Part shown: positions 53,301 through 64,000 of the stretch, piece by piece
How the letters are laid out: each line of letters opens with the position of its first letter
Numbering within the stretch: the first letter of the stretch is position 1
Assembly: GCF_035594765.1 (NCBI RefSeq)
Contig: NC_085842.1
Coordinates: 297,895,749 to 297,959,748 of the forward strand
Reading direction: 5' to 3'
Length of the DNA: 64,000 nucleotides
DNA from: Anolis carolinensis
Taxonomy: Eukaryota
Notes under the pieces: model-generated
Told to the model about the DNA's origin: nothing
Database searches by the model: none
Seen by the model: the letters and a program-made list of their open reading frames with translations, nothing else
Translations under genes and position numbers: made by a program

Positions 53301-56300
53301 TTGGGCAGGATGGATACACATCTATACCAGTTTCAAGTCTATCTGTAGAATAGGTATTACTGCCTCTTCTGATTCCAATAGGAAGATTTAAAGAGGCAGC
53401 AGCCTTGAAAATTGCTGGAGAGAAGAAGCATCTTTAATTTGGGTTCCTATTTTTGCACTCATTTTTGGTTTAAGTCAGGTAGTATTAGCTCTCTACATTA
53501 CAGATTTTTTTTTTTCGTGTCAGGAGCAACTGGAGTTGCTTCTGGAGTGAGAGAATTGGCCGTCTGCAAGGACGTTGCCCAGGGGACGCCCGGATGTTTT
53601 GATTTTTTTTTTACCATCCTTGTGGTAGGCTTCTCTCATGTCCCCGCATGGAGCTGGAGCTGATAGAGGGAGCTCATCCACACTCTCTCCAGGTGGGATT
53701 CGAACCTGGCAGCTTTCAGGTCAGCAACCCAACCTTCAAGTCACTTAGTCCACTACGCCATCTGGGGGCTCCTACATTGCAGATGTGAGCATGCAAAGCT
53801 GAGAAAGAACTAGGACAATTGTGGGATTTTGCAATATTTTCCCACCCTATGGATTCCTGGAGCTTATTTTTGAGTCAAGGTCCCACAGCATCTTTGCTTG
53901 GGAACTCAACATTTGTGTGAGTTACCAAATTCTACACATATTGATCTAATCACTGAATTTGGGGATTAATAATAATAATAATTCAGTACCTCATTTTCTT
54001 CATGTATATTGTGGGCTAATTATTGTTAACAATAGAAATGGAATGTCTATAAATATACGTACAGCATAAGTTACAGATGCAGGAGACGTCTTATCAAGAA
54101 CAGGACTTGAACCAGGATTCTTGAGCCTAATATCAACACGTACACTAAGCGAGTCGACCGCATCAGATGGCTCCTATAACCAGAAATACACACATGAAAT
54201 ACACACATTCACAGCTTCTGTGAATGTTTCCAAATATACACACATACTATAAAGTGTTTTGTCTATCAGTTTCTGACTGTTGTGCTACACAAATTCATTT
54301 GCTGAATTACAAAGTTGTCTAACCTAATGTATTATCTAATTGCTGCTCAGAGGTGGTCCCTAGATCAGGGCAGATTTGTGAGGCTTTTGCTAAAGTTCCT
54401 TAAAGAGGTTACATGAAAGAAAGAATCAGTTGTAGCCAATTGACTTGCTTAACATGACTCAGTGGATTTCTATGGCCAAATGGGAATTCAAACCATGATC
54501 TTCACAGCCATGGCCCAATGCTCAACCTGCTAAACAATGGTGGCTTGCACATTTGGAAAAAAGGTCTTCTATGTTAGAAACACTGATCTGATGGGACTCC
54601 AAAACTTTGGAACAAACCTATTAAATATGTACAATTAAAGTGTCAAAAAGCAGTTTACAAAATCATTACAATTAAAACAACATAGAAGCATTTTCTTTTT
54701 CAAAAAAAGTTAAATTCTCAAAAATATTTGCCTGCTGATGACAACAAAGAGGTAGTCAATCTAGCCTTCCTAAACATGAGGCTTCATGGTTGCTACTTTA
54801 CTTGTAGTTTATGGAAACCGAGGCTTTGGCACAAACGTCTCTTTACATAGTACATGGAACCACTGGCAAATGTTTACCTGGACATTAAAAATGTGCTCCA
54901 CACAGTTCTCCATGGGGCGGACTATGATATTATCCTGCAGGTATCTCTCATTGTTTTCTTTAAATAAGCCTCTAGAGGTCACCCGAGAGGACAAGAGATC
55001 AGCATCCAATGTCAGGTTGTATCTGATATCTAAAGGGAAAACATGTTACAGATTTTTAAACAGTTGAATCTTTGTAAGTCTGAGAAAGCTATATGTGAAC
55101 TACTACAAATCTAATGGACAATCTAGGCATGTCATTATGTTAATGCAGGAGTGAGGAAACTGTGGCCTCTTTGCAAGTTCCAGCAAGAACACCAATGTGT
55201 CCCATTTTCCCCAAAATTTATTTTGAGCCCAAAACTGGATAGCTGGCAATTTTGATGGCTTTTAGGAACAGTAGCTAATCGTTTAATTGAAACCTCTCCC
55301 ATTTAGAAATGAAACTAAAAATGGCTACAAATTGCTTTCTGTTTAGAGGAAATTACTTCCAGGAGTGATACTGGGCACTATGGGCAGTGAGCAATGAAAC
55401 AGTTGCAAATGCTTGTGTTACAGCCACTTAGTTCTATGAAAGCTAAGTGGAGTCTAAACTCGCACAAATGTAAAAGGACTTAAAGACTTCTTATTGTTTA
55501 AACAAGTATGTAGAAAATCAGCATCATATAATTTATTTGGGCTTTCTCCAGCCCTGCAAATCCTAATAATCTATATATATAAAAGAGTGATGGCATCACG
55601 GCGACCCACAAAACAACAAAAGTACAGGCCCCCCAACCTCGAAATTTGACAACACAACCCATCACCCATGCCTCAGGGTTGATACAACAAAAAGAAAAGA
55701 AAAATAAAGTCCTAATTAGAGGGAGAGCAATAATTGTTTTTATCCAATTGCTGCCAGTTTAAAGGGCTAATCTCTGCCCACTTGGTCGCCTAGCAACCAA
55801 TTCAGCCAAAGGACAGCCAGGGTTCAGTTAGGAAACAGGCAGATTTAGGCCTCACTTAGGCTTCTTCCACAGATTATCTAATTTGCACTGAATTATATGG
55901 CAGTGTAGACTCAAGGCCCTTCTACACAGCTATATAACCCATTTATAATCTTATATTATCTGCTTTGCACTGGATTATCTTTACTCCACACTACCATATA
56001 ATCCACTTCAGTGTGCATTTTATACAGCTGTGAAGACGGGGCCTCATATAATCCAGTTCTAAGCAGATAATTTAAGATTATCAATATACAGTATCACTTA
56101 TCCAACATAAACAGGCCGGCAGGATAAGTGAATATGTTGGATAATAAGAAGGGATTCAGGAGAAGCCGTTTAAACATCAAATTAGGTAATAGTTATACAA
56201 ATTAAGCATCAAAACATCATATTATACAACAAATTTGACAGAAAAGGTAGTTCCACGCGCAGTAATGCTATGTAGTAATTACAGTAGAGTCTCACTTATC

Positions 56301-56982
56301 CAGCACTCGCTTATCCAATGTTCTGGATTATCCAATGCATTTTTGTAGTCAATGTTTTCAATATATCGTGATATTTTGGTGCTAAATTCATAAATACAGT
56401 AATTACTATATAGCATTACTGCATATTGAATTACTTTTTCTGTCAAATTTGTTGTATAACATGATGTTTTGGTGTTTCATTTGTAAAATCATAACCTAAT
56501 TTGATATTTAATAGGCTTTTCCTCAATGCCTCCTTATTATCCAACATATTCGCTTATCCAACATTCTGCCGGTCCGTTTATGTTGGATAAGTAAGACTCT
56601 ACTGTACTGTATTTACAAATTTACCACTAAAATATCACAAGGAATTTAAAACACTGACTACAAAAACATTGATTATGAAAAGGCAGACTGCGTTGGATAA
56701 TCCAGAACATTGTATAAGCGAATGTTGGATAAGTGAGATTCTACTTTGATATGAAATAATTTCTGGGAAAGAATAATGCAGAACAATATACTCTCTAAAA
56801 CCTGGACAGTTAATAAAGAAATAAAGAAAGTAAATAAAGCAGGGAAATTGGAAATTCCACAAAGGAAACAATCAGGGCCAGCTAACACCTCCCAAGAAAG
56901 GATTCTTCCAGAAAGGAAGCTGAGAAGGCAGTGAAGCACTGTGTATTACCAAAGACATTATTATTACTATCATTACTATTAC

Positions 56983-57025
<43 letters not shown>

Positions 57026-60000
57026 GTGTTGCAGTCAACCGTGAAAATGAATACAATCTGGCTCCAAGTATTCAAAAACACTAAAATCAGAATATATAAA
57101 AATTAATGTGGTATAATAAAACAGAACAATAGAATCTCTAAAATCAGAACACTAAATAAAGAACAACACTCTGAAAACAGGGGAATTCCACACAGGAAAC
57201 AATCAGGGCCAGCTAACACCTCCCAACAAAGCGTTCCCATCATCAAAGTCTGGCAAATCCTCTGTTTTCTGAGGGCCACAGACAGTAGAAGCACATAAAA
57301 TATCGCAAACAACACCACTCTGAAAACAAGGGAATTCCAGACAGGAAACAATCAGGGCCAGCTAACACCTCCCAACAAAAAATTCACTCATAGGAAACAG
57401 CCAGGCTTTAAATCTGCAAGGCCATTACATCCTAATCATTTTTCCTAATTGCAGCATTCATACTTGCCTCCAACAGACAAAAAACAAACAAACAAACAAT
57501 CAGAAATATTGTATATTCACAACCTTTAGGAAATAATATCCCCTGATGGCGCAGCGTGTTAAAGTGCTGAGCTGCTGAACTTCTGGACCGAAAGGCCGCA
57601 GGTTTGAATTGGAGGAGCGGACAGAGCCCCCACTGTTAGCCCCAGCTTCTGCCAACCCAGAAGTTCAAAAACATGCAAATGTGAGTGCATCAATAGGTAT
57701 TGCTCCGGCGGGAAGGTAACGTCGCTCCATGCAGTCATCCCACATGACCTTGGAGGAGTCTACGGACAACGCCGGCTCTTCGGCTTAAAAATGGAGATGA
57801 GCACCAACCCCCAGAGTCAGACATGACTGGACTTAATGTCAAGGGAAAACGTTTACCCTTTACCTTAACTACCACCAATTCCTCAATACTTTATTTCCCA
57901 TACCACCATACTTCGCCACAGCAACGCGTGGCCGGGCACAGCTAGTAATAACAACAACAACAACAACAATAAATCTATCTTGTTTGCTGTGTCATAATAA
58001 AATAATAATAATACATCACACAGTCCTAGACACTTGGGAAGTGTTCGACTTGTGATTTTGTGAAATGAAATCCAGCATGTCTATCTTGTTTGCTGTGTCA
58101 TACAATAATAATAATAATAATAAAAAAACTTTATTTATACCCCGCCACCATCTCCCAGTGGGGACTCGGGGTGGCTTACATGGGGCAGAGGCCCAAACAA
58201 CATAGGACAAAATATAGGCAACATAATACAAATCACACTATAAAAAGATAAAACAGTAATACAATATATCAACTAAAACAAAATAAGAACAGTATATTCA
58301 AATTTTAGCAGGCTAGCTGTATTTTTCAACATTTTCAAAGAAACTCTTATGAAAGCAAGGGTTGTATAGCATAGTGCTTTGGATCATCATAATTTTTCTT
58401 AAGCGTATTAGTTTTTAAGTTCAGACTCTAAAAAGAAGGTAAATAGTCAGGGCACCATTAGAAAACCAGAATGCTGGTGCTATCTACATCTCCAATGGTA
58501 AACAAAGAACAATACAAACTAAGTATTCTCAAGTAAGTAATATAAAACAATATGTTACTTGAAACATAAAACAAACATATTCATCATATTTGGTCAGATG
58601 TTAATAAAGACATGGCTTTACTAACATCTGACCATCTGAGTATCTGTGGACATATTTCAGTGCAGCACATGGCAGCATAGCCAGGTCCATATTTTGTTAA
58701 ACTATTTCAATGCAACATGGTCAATGAACTCTCAATACTTGCATGGTTGCTGTTTAATATACTTGTGGTCTGCTGCATCCATTTTTTGAGTTTCTTGCCT
58801 CATTATAGCAGCCACTTTTACACTACAACTGAATTACAATTCAACCAAAAGAAATTATGTAAAATAAAATATTAGATATGCTTACCCACTTGATTATTCC
58901 CATTGGCAGGTCTAAAGGTTGCAGTGAAGCATATCTGGAGAATCACCTCTGTATTTTTATTTAGCAAGCTGATCTTCTTTGGTGTAGATGAGATATGCAT
59001 AGAAACTTTTGCTATACTCTGAGACCTAAAATAGAGACAAATAGATTTACTCATCACAGAAGGGAGATTAGTTATGGACTATATATTCAGCCTATTGCCA
59101 AAATATCACAATAAAATGCTACATGATTGTATCCACTGTGCTTTATTTTCCTAAAAATATTATACAATAAGAATATACAACAGCTGAAGAGACAGCTGAG
59201 GAACACCTAGTTACAGTTTAATAGACACTAAGAGTGACTTTTGAAAGGCAGAATTCATTTAAATATAAAAAGGGCAAATTTTATACATTTCACAGTTAAA
59301 AGGGTTAAATGTATTTTCTGTCTTATGCATGTAAAGTTATTTAACACTATACTGAGATAGCAGAGAAAGTGCTGAAGAATTAAGTGAAGCTATATGAGAT
59401 AAACAGGAAATATTATTTTCATACTAATGTCTAGCATCGTATTTTATTTGGGTTCTCTTGGGGAGATAGGGTGAGTTATAAATAAAAATTATTATTATTT
59501 AGACATCTGTTTCGGCAGGGTTAGTACAGATGAAGATTGCTCTAGCACACAAGTAGCAGCCAGCATCCAATTTAATTTTGATGCCAAGCAGTTATATTTC
59601 TGTTTGTATAAACAGATTTCATTTTTACATATTTAGCATCAACTTGTTTGAAATGCGGTTCTGGAGAAGAACTCTACGGAGTGCTAAATAGACAAATAAA
59701 TGTGTCTTAGAACAATCGAGCATGACTAAACTGTGGATTTTCCACTTTGGCCATATTATGAGAAGATAAACTCACTAGAAAGGATGAAAGTGATTGCTAA
59801 CGTAGAAGGAAATAGGAAAAGAGGAAGATTGCATTACAGATTGATAGACTCAGTTAAAGAAGCTATGACCCCGAGTCTGCAAGACCTGAAGAGAGATTAT
59901 AGAATTATAGAGTTGGAAGAGACCTCGTGGGCCATCCAGTTCAACCCCCTGCCAAAAAGCAGAAAATTGCATTCAAAGCACTCCCAACAGATGGCCATGC

Positions 60001-63000
60001 AGCCTCTGCTTAAAAGCCTCCAAAGAAGGAGCCTCCACCACAGTTTGAGGGAGAGAGTTCCACTGCTGAACAGCTCTCACAGTCAGGAACTTCTTCCTAA
60101 TGTTCAGGTGGAATCTTGAGGATAGGATGAGTTGGAGATATCTTATTCATGAGATCACCATAATCAATTTGATGGCAGTTGACAACAACATCTAATTAAA
60201 GTTAGGTCCGAGAAGTGGTGGAGTGGATATCTAAAAAAATATTTGTTATTAAAATCTATTACTCACCATAGTTGAATCACATTTCCATCAGAACCCACAG
60301 AGACATCAGTTATCCCATCGCCATTTAAGTCACTGCGGCCATCTATTGATCTGCCAAAATATCTCAGTTGCTTCCCAAAAGCAGGGTCTGATCCAGAAAT
60401 TTTCTGGGAAGAGATTTACAGCAGACATATTATCATCCCTAAACAAACTCATCATGCTAAGAGAGAGAGTCACATTTTACAGATAGAGGTTTGATCCTAT
60501 TCTTTGACCTAGTGTAACTTTCTGAACAGAATGACAAATAAGGGGATTTTGAGCATTTTTCTCCATTTGCAGTTCCCTGCCTCTCCTGGAATCATCTTCT
60601 GGAGAATGGGAATTTTACACAAAAACAAGGGTAATGACATGGTAAATTGCAATATGAGGTAAGGAACTATAAAAAACCATGCTAAATTTAACATTAGCAT
60701 ATCAACTACTAGTTTGCATATTTTCTAACTTTAGTTTGTTTGCTTTTCTGCACCTTCTCATTTCTTTTCTCATTCTAATTTGCAGTTATTTTTCCCTTCT
60801 CTCTCCTACATTAGATCATGTATATGATTATGTACTACTTATTGTAAGTAAAACTACTTTTATATGTTTTAGAAAGACTAAACTTCACCCTTTTCACTGC
60901 TAGATCCTATGGGGCAGTGTGGGTGACATCAGTTTTTGTTTAACTTCTGCCTTGCAAATTGATTACTCTGTTTAAGAGGGTCACTGCCATCTTTTAGATT
61001 TCCCCAAAGCTGCAGATATATCAAACTAGTCAAACACAACATATTGTTTCATGTTACTTACTTGAGAATACCTAGTCTGTATTGTTCTTTGTTTACCATT
61101 ATAGATGTAGATAGCACCAGCATTCTGGCTTTCTAATGGTGCCCCAACTATTACATCATTAAAACCATCCAGGTCAAGATCTGAAATAGCAGTGATAGCC
61201 GATCCATATCGAGTATTTTCTAATCCTTCAGGGCCTTCTAGAATTTCTCGCTTGTCTAAGATCCCCTTTGACAAGAAGGAGAGAGACAGAAAAAAAAATG
61301 TCTTACTAAATACATTGGCCTAAACAAACAGGTCTTAACTGAAGCACTTGTTAAATAGTAAGTCAATACAGTATTTATATACATCCAATTCAGCTAATCT
61401 ATTCTACTTCATAGGTCTGTTCTATTTAAGACTAGGAAGACTAGGAAGTTCTATTTAAGACTAAGACTTAAGCCACTAGACTAACATTCTTGCATCCGAG
61501 AGTAATTCTTTGAAATGGCAATGGAATTTCCTTGTTTCTACAAAGAAGAAAGAAAAAATAATCAGCTGTGGAAATACTTATTCCCTTGATTGTTGTTGTG
61601 CCAACTATAAAGCAAGTGCTAAAAACAACACAGATACAAGTAATAAAAAGTTTCCATTAAGCATCTCGGGAATCAATGATCAAACAAAATAACTTCTCTG
61701 TGTGTCTCATGTTGCCAACAATGACTTCTATCAGCATAAAATAGGACAGTATAAGTAAGGGAACTGCATTTGTGAGAGCAGATCCAACCAGATGAGAAAA
61801 TCATGTGTGCAAATAGGAATTGAATCATCAATTCCAACAGCTGGGCCAGGGCTATGCATGCAAAATCCTTTAAAGATGTTCACACTTAATTAAGTAGACA
61901 ATTAGAATGGCAGGAAGGGATTTCAATTGGTCTCTTCATCCTCATTCCCTACTAAAACCCAGTTAGAAAGATTATAGGTTTTAGATTATAGAATATATAC
62001 CTGTTTGCTATGGAATGAGATAAAATGACTCATCTTTTTTAACAGAAAAAGAAAAATCATAAAAACACATATATTTAACAATGAGAAATAATAATATTCA
62101 GTATTCAATATGGAATGAACAATGACCCTGGTGTCCTCTCTTTGAATTTTCTGGGTTCTTCAGGAATTCTTTAGTATGCTTCCATTGAAAGCTATAATAC
62201 AGACTTTCTGAAGGATCTAGCACATTCCTAGAGAGGATACGTCATTTTTGGTGAAGTTATTCGTTTGAATGGGGTTCAAGCTTCTACATGATTTTGGTTC
62301 CAATGTAATTTCAAAAACATACGGAGGTTGTATTGTATTGCACTTGACCTTTTGAATGTGAGTCTAATTGTAATTGTATTGTTGACCTTTTGAACCTGAG
62401 TCTAATTGCTTTGTCCATCAACATCTAATAACAATGTATTTCAGTTGTCAGTCGTTTTTGAGCCAATAGTGTGATGATCAAAGTCAATGGGATTTTGGGC
62501 TCCATCAAAAGGAGTCTGGTGTCTAGATTGAGGGAAGCCATGATTCCTTTGGATTCTGCTTTGGTCAGACCGCACCTGGAATACTGTGTCCAATTTTGGG
62601 CACCACAGTTCAAAAGAGATATTGACAAGCTGAAAGATGTCCAGAGGAGGGAAATTAAAATGATCGAAGTTCTGGACAGCAGGCCCTATGAGGAATGTCT
62701 TAAAGAACTTGGTATGTTTAGCCTGCAGAAAAGAAGGTTGAGAGGAGACATGATAGCCACATATAAATATGTGAAAGGATGCCATAAGGAAGAGGGAGCA
62801 GGCTTGTTTTCTGCTGCCAGAAATTAGATGTCGGAACAATAGGTTCAAACTACAGGAAAGGAGATTCCACCTGAACATTAGGAAGAACGTCCTGACTTTT
62901 AAACAGAGGCTGTATGACCATCTGTCAGGGGTGCTTTGATTATGTTTTTCCTGCATAGCAGGGGGTTGGACTGGATGGCCCATGTTGTCTCTTGCAACTC

Positions 63001-63957
63001 TATTATTGTATGATTCTATTATCAATAACTGGAAAGCTATCCAAGTCACATGGAAAAAGCATACCCAAGGTATTATGGAAATTTCCCATTTATAGACCAT
63101 GTGCATGTAGAACTGGACAGAGTCTTCCACTGGTCAGTTTTTCTACTGTTTTATATTCAGACTCAAAATGCCCAATAAAGGATATGATTTCATTGGACAT
63201 GATCAATAGTTTACTTTGGATTAAATAGCAGAATAAAGAGAAAATGGGAGAGGACAAACCATTTTCATGAAACTTCTTTGTGCCTCCCAAAACCAGCTTG
63301 ACCTTGTCACTCAAAAAATCAGTTTTTAGCAGGAATGGAAGACTAAAATGGGAAGGGAAGAAAATTCTGTTGCAATTGCAGCTGAGCATTGGAGTTAGCT
63401 CAGTATTATGAACATGCTCCCTAATCTGAAATACATTTTTGTCTTTCAGTACTGACCAATATGCAGCCAAGATATGAGAATGAGATAAAAAATTGATAGA
63501 AAGTCAGAATTACTGGCTTGGAAACTATATAGAGTTCTACTTACATTTTTGACAGCAAACATGTAGACTTTTCCTTCTTCTTTTTTAAAATCATTCATGA
63601 ACATTGGTGCACTAACCAACAGCACATCTGTTATGGAGTCTCCATTAACATCTACTGAGCATATTACACTGCCAAAGTAGGAGCCAATCTGAAATGATGG
63701 GAATATTGCACAAGTTACAGGCTTACATTGCTGTCAGGCTTGGGCTAACAGTACACAGAACTTTAAACATGAAATAGCAAAACAAACTATCAAAAACACA
63801 TCCCCACTTGCCTGCTCTCCTCTTTGAGAATGAATAATACTTATATTGCCACGGCCATCCACCTGATAAACCACTACTCTTCCAGTATAGTTGGATCGTG
63901 GAGCACCAGCCACAAAATAGACAGTATTTTTCATTGTCAAAACAGCAACAGAATAAC
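35278..63957 (-). CDS. ITGA2: Integrin alpha-2, 3' part (exons 12-30 by human numbering)
   Basis: 19 phase-compatible exons encoding FG-GAP repeats, thigh/calf domains, TM helix and GFFKR tail ([11 protein letters not shown]...); adjacent to MOCS2 as in mammals. Confidence 0.96.
35988..36354. mobile_element. GC-rich hAT-like fragment containing a 269-bp palindrome (36086-36354)
   Basis: Starts CAGGGCCGGCC; arms are reverse complements around CCCACG-CAA-CGTGGG. Confidence 0.6.
36666..36782 (-). CDS. ITGA2: ITGA2 exon 29 (transmembrane)
   Basis: [39 protein letters not shown]. Confidence 0.94.
38896..39203 (-). mobile_element. Sauria SINE
   Basis: tRNA-like head GGAGCCCCGGTGGC..GGTTCAATCC, (ACCTTT)n tail, 13-bp TSD TCTATGACTAAAA at 38883-38895 and 39204-39216. 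Confidence 0.9.
40745..40834 (-). CDS. ITGA2: ITGA2 exon 28
   Basis: [30 protein letters not shown]. Confidence 0.9.
41489..41602 (-). CDS. ITGA2: ITGA2 exon 27
   Basis: [38 protein letters not shown]. Confidence 0.92.
41822..42642. mobile_element. Mariner-type foldback MITE (almost entirely palindromic)
   Basis: TA|CGAGGGCTATCCAGAAA ... TTTCTGGATGGCCCTCG|TA; arms of about 390 bp. Confidence 0.9.
43339..43443 (-). CDS. ITGA2: ITGA2 exon 26
   Basis: [35 protein letters not shown]. Confidence 0.92.
43588..43698 (-). CDS. ITGA2: ITGA2 exon 25
   Basis: [37 protein letters not shown]. Confidence 0.92.
44412..45663. mobile_element. pogo/Tigger-like non-autonomous DNA transposon with internal AT-rich minisatellite
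   Basis: TA|CCCTGTTTCCCCGAAAATAAGAC ... GTCTTATTTTCGGGGAAACACGG|TA; AT-rich tract about 44740-45200. Confidence 0.85.
46010..46279. mobile_element. hAT-like element fragment
   Basis: One end TGGCTACATGCCTG with G/C-run subterminal sequence; other TIR not evident. Confidence 0.45.
46557..46659 (-). CDS. ITGA2: ITGA2 exon 24
   Basis: [34 protein letters not shown]. Confidence 0.92.
46887..48024 (+). mobile_element. Solo LTR (Gypsy-like), 1138 bp
   Basis: TGTTA...TGACA termini, 5-bp TSD TTCAG (46882-86, 48025-29), AATAAA 47980-85, CATAAAA about 47295. Confidence 0.88.
48589..48672 (-). CDS. ITGA2: ITGA2 exon 23
   Basis: [28 protein letters not shown]. Confidence 0.92.
49595..49671 (-). CDS. 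ITGA2: ITGA2 exon 22
   Basis: [26 protein letters not shown]. Confidence 0.92.
50419..50511 (-). CDS. ITGA2: ITGA2 exon 21
   Basis: [31 protein letters not shown]. Confidence 0.92.
51678..51819 (-). CDS. ITGA2: ITGA2 exon 20
   Basis: [47 protein letters not shown]. Confidence 0.92.
52288..52370 (-). CDS. ITGA2: ITGA2 exon 19
   Basis: [28 protein letters not shown] (genu region). Confidence 0.92.
53506..53772 (-). mobile_element. tRNA-derived SINE with poly(A) tail
   Basis: Head GGAGCCCCCAGATGGCGTAGTGG..GGTTCGAATCCC, A tail, TSD TACATT(A/G)CAGAT. Confidence 0.8.
54063..54173 (-). CDS. ITGA2: ITGA2 exon 18
   Basis: [37 protein letters not shown]. Confidence 0.92.
54878..55029 (-). CDS. ITGA2: ITGA2 exon 17
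   Basis: [51 protein letters not shown]. Confidence 0.93.
56282..56604. mobile_element. Tc1/mariner MITE nested in Helitron
   Basis: TA|CAGTAGAGTCTCACTTATCCA ... TGGATAAGTAAGACTCTACTG|TA. Confidence 0.8.
57541..57866 (+). mobile_element. Sauria SINE inside Helitron
   Basis: Homologous to 38896-39203, ends in tttaccctttacctt. Confidence 0.85.
57974..58100 (+). mobile_element. Two tandem extremely 5'-truncated R4/Dong 3' ends in a TAA microsatellite
   Basis: Match to 8645-8740 (tctatcttgtttgctgtgtcata). Confidence 0.85.
58442..58556 (+). pseudogene. Inverted partial copy of ITGA2 exon 14 3' half plus donor site
   Basis: Reverse complement of 61038-61152 with scattered substitutions. Confidence 0.9.
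58886..59025 (-). CDS. ITGA2: ITGA2 exon 16
   Basis: [46 protein letters not shown]. Confidence 0.92.
59640..60190. mobile_element. RTE/BovB-like fragment interrupted by a CR1 3' end (59895-60117, - strand)
   Basis: [11 protein letters not shown] / FGHIMRR / [11 protein letters not shown] motifs flank a CR1 3' UTR similar to 23209-23410. Confidence 0.65.
60267..60403 (-). CDS. ITGA2: ITGA2 exon 15
   Basis: [46 protein letters not shown]. Confidence 0.93.
61062..61265 (-). CDS. ITGA2: ITGA2 exon 14
   Basis: [68 protein letters not shown]. Confidence 0.94.
62470..63020 (+). mobile_element. CR1 LINE 3' fragment
   Basis: [41 protein letters not shown], ends in ATTCTAT-like tail. Confidence 0.9.
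63545..63688 (-). CDS. ITGA2: ITGA2 exon 13
   Basis: [48 protein letters not shown]. Confidence 0.93.
63812..63957 (-). CDS. ITGA2: ITGA2 exon 12
   Basis: [48 protein letters not shown]; GC donor. Confidence 0.92.
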
Positions 63958-64000
63958 CTGAAAGACAATGCTGCAGTTAAGTTTTAGCAAGTACTGTACC

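Larger units (their letters stand above)
55570..57945 (+). mobile_element. Non-autonomous Helitron carrying nested TE fragments
   Basis: A|TCTATATATATAAAA 5' end; GCCAC..GTGGC hairpin 57915-57932 then CTAG|T; no TSD. Confidence 0.88.

Overview
Vertebrate genomic DNA, most likely a squamate (lizard, Anolis-like). This is inferred from Sauria SINEs, CR1/R4/Penelope fragments and reptile-like protein sequences. Two host genes lie tail-to-tail, as in the human MOCS2-ITGA2 locus. MOCS2 (+ strand, exons 2-7, 4603-14074) is bicistronic, encoding the molybdopterin synthase small subunit MOCS2A and large subunit MOCS2B; exon 1 is upstream of the window. ITGA2 (integrin alpha-2, - strand) has exons 12-30 by human numbering at 63957-35278. 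The intergenic region holds two young full-length retrotransposons. One is a DIRS1-like tyrosine-recombinase element (15089-20805) with ITRs, an ICR and a methyltransferase domain, but with a pol frameshift and an RNase H D->N change. The other is an apparently intact Tf1/sushi-type chromoviral Gypsy element (25969-32107) with 834-bp LTRs and a self-priming PBS. Introns contain a 5'-truncated R4/Dong LINE in a TAA microsatellite, a solo LTR, a mosaic non-autonomous Helitron, foldback MITEs, SINEs and CR1 pieces. I found no clearly new biological system. The most unusual leads are: an acidic FxGF/LGF peptide encoded inside two different LTRs; two short inverted templated duplications about 2.5 kb from their source, one copying an ITGA2 exon and its donor site; a non-overlapping MOCS2 bicistron with a short uORF; and an atypical gag-pol frameshift signal.
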